This document shows, in pieces, positions 13,036 to 64,000 of a DNA stretch of 64,000 nt (position 1 is its first letter; each line of letters starts with the position of its first letter). The DNA lies in assembly GCA_020137815.1 (NCBI GenBank), contig CM035355.1:3906001-3970000 (forward strand), read 5' to 3'. Made by a program: the position numbers and the translations under genes. The notes under the pieces are model-generated. The model saw nothing but the letters and a program-made list of their open reading frames with translations, did not search any database and was not told the origin of the DNA. The DNA is from Hormiphora californensis (lineage: Eukaryota > Animalia > Ctenophora).

Positions 13036-13797
13036 TCACCTCAACACCAGATTTCTAAACTCATATTTGTTTACCTGGAGATAGGGCAAGGGGATGAGTA
13101 GAAGGGGTTCTAAAAATATTGTAATGGCAGTGCTTAATATGTCTTTAGTTTATGTACAAATCCCAGGTGGACTTTAACTAAGAAACAAAACTATCACCTA
13201 CCAGAGTGAGGGGATGGGGATGAGATCACGTACCGGCTGGATGTGGTGGTTGAAGGTAGGACTGGGCTTGTTGCTGTGCATCAGTTCTTGCATCAGTAGT
13301 TGGGAGGAAATGTGTCGGGGAGACTGAAATTAGAGTGTGGGTTAGAGAGGGATGACACAGGTGATAGTGGGGGGATGGGGATACAAACTAGGGAAACCAA
13401 TCAAGGGTCTAGTAACATGTAGTAAAATGACATCTACATACCGGGGGTATTCCTTTGGCAAGATGGTGGGGGTGAACCATGAAGTTTGGTGGCATTCCCT
13501 TCATCCCCATGGGGTGGGGAGGGGTGAAGGGGCCAGGAGGGAAGGGTAGCTTGATACCACCACCCCTGGATGTTTCAATGGTGGGGACGGGTTTAGGTCC
13601 CTGATCCTGCTCAGTAGGGGATACACGGAGCATGCCAGGTCCCTCCCCAGATCGAGGTCTCATCCTGTTCTGCATATGGGTGGGGGTCAGGTTGATGTTC
13701 ATCTCGTGGGATCTCCTCCTTGAACCCCCGCTCAGACCTCTTGATCATAACGCTGGTAGGGGTGAATGCCATGGGGAAGGGACCTTTGTTCAACATT
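13036..13797 (-). pseudogene. Spliced proline-rich gene fragment with an eIF4E-transporter (4E-T/EIF4ENIF1)-like motif. Exons 13797-13442, 13323-13234, 13074-13036; one frameshift
   Basis: AFTPTSVMIK resembles the 4E-T FTPTSVIRK motif. Canonical acceptors and donors are present, but a +1 frameshift near 13708 (ATCCCACGAG) is needed to join the two reading frames. Confidence 0.45.
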
Positions 13798-14139
13798 CTG
13801 CAGGGAGAAATAATTTGTTAATTAATCAATTAGTTAATCAAAACTGAAAGTGAATTGTTAGTAACGTTGTCTGGTAGAAACTAGATAGAAAGATTGTTAG
13901 GGAGTACCGGGTATCCATGTCTCATATAAGACTGTCCTCTTCGCGGCGAGCCTTAGGCCTGGTGCGGCTACGTGAGGTTGTGCGGTGTACACTGTACAGT
14001 CAGTGCCTGACAACGGGTATCCCCTAATGGGGGGACACTGTCCACACCCCGCTTATACACTAAACATATTGGTTCACAAATATTAAAAAATATATGTCCA
14101 ACATGCGGACGTTTCCGCCCGTAGCTACCTCTAGCTGGG

Positions 14140-15050
14140 TTTAACAGTGTGTATATGTATGTACAAAAAACAGAATCAATAAACTGTCGTGATAACAAGT
14201 GATGAGTAGCGTGTAGAAGGGATGTTGTAAATAATTTGAATGAGGAATGAGGATGTGCTCGATATGGAGCAGCGCAAGGAAAAGGACCCAGGGATCGATG
14301 TGGAGGAGGTAGGAGTAAAGGACCCAGGGATCGATGAGGAGGAGGATGGGAAAGGACCCAAGGATCGATGTGGAGGAGGTAGGAGTAAAGGACCCAGAAA
14401 TCAATGTGGAGGAGGTAGGAGTAGAGGGCCCAGGGATCAATGTGGAGTGAAAGTAGGAGTAAAGGACCCAGGGATCAACACGGAATAATGTAGGAGAGAA
14501 AGGATACAGGTATCGATGTGAAGGAATACACGAGAAAAAGGGAGCCCAGGAATCAGGAATAGGAGTTGGAGACAGTAGTTACTCAGGAATCCATGTGGAT
14601 GTACCAAATGTAGGGAAGTGAGGATTATTTTGCCGATCATTGGTTGTATGCTCTAAAGAACAAGTGCGTCTTCAGGGATGTTTTAAAAGTAGTAAGGGAT
14701 TCTGAGTCCCGGATTGATCGTGGTAGCTGATTCCATAATTTAGGTGCAGCAATACTGAAAGCGCCTCTAGTGTTTTCGTAGTGGTACTCACTCCTCCGCA
14801 CCTCTTTCAGAGCGGTGACGTCATTATCCACTCGGAGTGATTTCACTTTCTGAGGCCGCTTCACTAACATCTCAGGCATGTATGGAGGGGATTGATCATG
14901 AAGAGTCTTGTATACCATCAAGCAAATTTTGTACTCTATTCGCTGTTTCACAGGCAAGAAGTGTGATAGCATGCCAAGTTTTGTTACACCGCGTTTTCCT
15001 CTTTTCCCATAAATATATCGAGTCGCACTGTTCTGAACTTTCTGTAGGTC
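14140..15050 (-). mobile_element. 5'-truncated LINE (CR1/L2-like) 3' fragment with tandem-repeat 3' UTR
   Basis: ORF2 C-terminus LQKVQNSATRYI...LPVKQRIEYKI...AFSIAAPKLWNQLP...FKTSLKTHLF ending at 14637; GGACCCAGGGATCGATG repeats at 14280-14480. Confidence 0.85.
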
Positions 15051-16837
15051 GCTCGAGCGGCGAGCCTCAGAATAATTCATCGCTTAGATTTTCAATAGTT
15101 CCGGAAAAGTTTTGTCTTTGCTGCAGGCCCTTAGAACGGGTTAAGAGGATGGGCCCTGGTCCGTGGCATGTGCGCAAAGTATTCTTGACTTTTCGAGTTT
15201 CGAAAAAAAACCGCGCAACTTTTTCAGTTCGCGCCGTCACGATTCACTTTGAAGATTCTTCAGCGCGCGCAATTTCTGTCCAAAACAAGCGCGTTTGCAT
15301 ATTTGCGCGTCCGATTTTCTTAATTAAGCAATTAACGATTAATTAAACACTTTAGTTGGTCAAATTAGGTAAAATTATGTCGGAAAATGATAAATGTATT
15401 ACTCTTTTAAAGTCAAAGTGTCCCAAAAAGTCCAATCACTGTTTGAAATCATCCAACTTTGAGAGTCGATTCCTCTGTCCAGAAATCGTTTCTGGCTTAT
15501 CCACCTATACGTTGCACCAGTTCAAGGGATTCTCTACCTGGGAAAAAAAGATGGTTACTTATAAAGCTGTCGTTTAGTGGGACTAAGGGTCGGGGGAAGA
15601 GAGGTCAAATTAATTCAAATGGCCGTCAGTTAAAGACCAGAAGAATAAGAGACAAATCCTTCGACACGAAGGTGTCAAATTGTCTCCTCTAACATATCCC
15701 AGAGTTTGGGAGTTTATGGATATTCCGTTCTCCCGTAATTGCCAAAAAACCGATTTGAGCAAATCGGCGATTACGCCACGGTTTTTGAGAGTTTCAAATC
15801 GAGACCTGTTCGTTGCATTCATTTAGAACATGACCGATCAGAAAATCCAAAAATTAAAACGCTAACTAGCGCCGTTTAGCAGAACGAAGCATTCTACGAG
15901 TGCCCTAGTCGTGACTGTGCCCCCTATGTGAGGGGATCGCCCTACGGGCGCGCGAACATGGGGGGCGCGACGTGCCCAAGTTCTTGCTGTCCACAGGCCG
16001 GGAGCCTATTCTTCGCGGAGCGAGAATAGGTTGCAATGGAGCCAAGGTGATACTAAGATAAGATACGGTTCCACTCTTTCAAAAAGAGGACACGACTGAA
16101 GGGTGCCTCAGTGAGGGACCAGGCATTGGCACTCCCAGTGGCGATTCCCCAATTCTCCATGCCATGATAATTATGGGGGAGACACACTGAAGTTGAGATC
16201 GCGCATTGAGATCTCAACTTTGTGAACGCTGAAGTTCAAGTTTCGCGGAAATTTGGAATCAGCCACCTTTGACAGAGATTACGGTAATACGACTACAAGC
16301 GGCGAGAGACCAATTTCTTCACTGGTATATCTCTAGAGGTGTTCTTGATCCATACTGAGTCAATTTCACCGTTTATTGACATTTTTGGTGATCTCAACTT
16401 CAGTGTGTCTCCTTCCTTACCCCCAATAAGTTCAATTTGAATTTCTAGCGTCCTATCCTGCGGGAAGGCCATGTAACTCCCGTAGGCCACTCGAAGTAGA
16501 ATCTCTCCAATAACAATGCTTACATTGAAACATTCACGTGAACTAAACCCCAGACCACGCGAACCCCACCTCCAGTTGAACTGTCCCAGTCCAACACCAC
16601 CAATGATAACAAAGCAAAGAATTTCCGATTTCAAGTAAGAAACTATATTCACATTTTACAAAAAGTGATCAACCGAAAACATGTACCTCGATACTAAAAT
16701 AAGAGCTAATAAGATCGGGACCAAAACTTCTGATTTCAATTCCAAATTGTCCAAACTCTGTACAATTTACATGATTTACAAAACGTACAAAACTATTTAC
16801 AGTTTCTCTTGTACAATGGTACATATTCATATCTGAG

Positions 16838-63616
<46,779 letters not shown>

Positions 63617-64000
63617 CTGAAACAATAGGTAACGATTAGTTAGTTGTGAGTTCTTTGACTTGAAAATATATCTTGATCTTTGATTTGTTCCATTATATTT
63701 TCATAGGAAAGAGGTCAAATACTTTAAGGTGTGAACTATTTTAGAGCGATATCCAGTTAGCAAGTACACCTAATAACTAATTATCACGTGTATCTGGCCC
63801 TAATAAGCAGTCTACCAAGTACATTGGCGGATATACTAATTAGGTGCCGGAATTACGTTTCCCAATTAGGTTCCCGGAATGACGTTTCCCAATTAGACAT
63901 ACAGCACCGGCAGCTGAACCCAATTACCACACAGTTCCGATGACCCAATTAATACACAGCTCCGATGACCCAATTACCCTGTCTAGGGTGCAATCGCACT

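Overview
Eukaryotic (animal) genomic DNA with many short spliceosomal introns (CTAAC branch points, pyrimidine tracts) and very dense inverted-repeat transposons. The style suggests a cydippid ctenophore (Pleurobrachia/Hormiphora-like), but that is an unverified impression. Contents: (1) a complete 9-coding-exon myo-inositol-1-phosphate synthase gene (INO1/ISYNA1, + strand, 3186-6840). (2) A degenerate spliced minus-strand locus with a 4E-T-like FTPTSV motif (~10.0-13.8 kb). (3) A very large, intron-rich, divergent axonemal-type dynein heavy chain (DNHD1-like) on the minus strand from beyond 64000 to 16838. Its AAA1 Walker B reads DG instead of DE, and it carries a ~590-aa C-terminal tail with ~36 GTSKPGTPA repeats. 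The dynein introns host two antisense intronless nested genes: a MATH-BTB gene split by a TA-inserting MITE, and a membrane-anchored CAP/SCP gene inside a GC-AG intron. They also host an apparently intact LINE with a likely -1 frameshift, a Penelope element with a hammerhead-like motif, and nested foldback/hAT/Kolobok-like MITEs. The most unusual non-standard signals are several families of 23-80 bp hairpin micro-elements recurring in introns, including a 23-bp CTGTCAGAGCATTGGCCTGACAG hairpin found four times, each time in the host-gene sense orientation.
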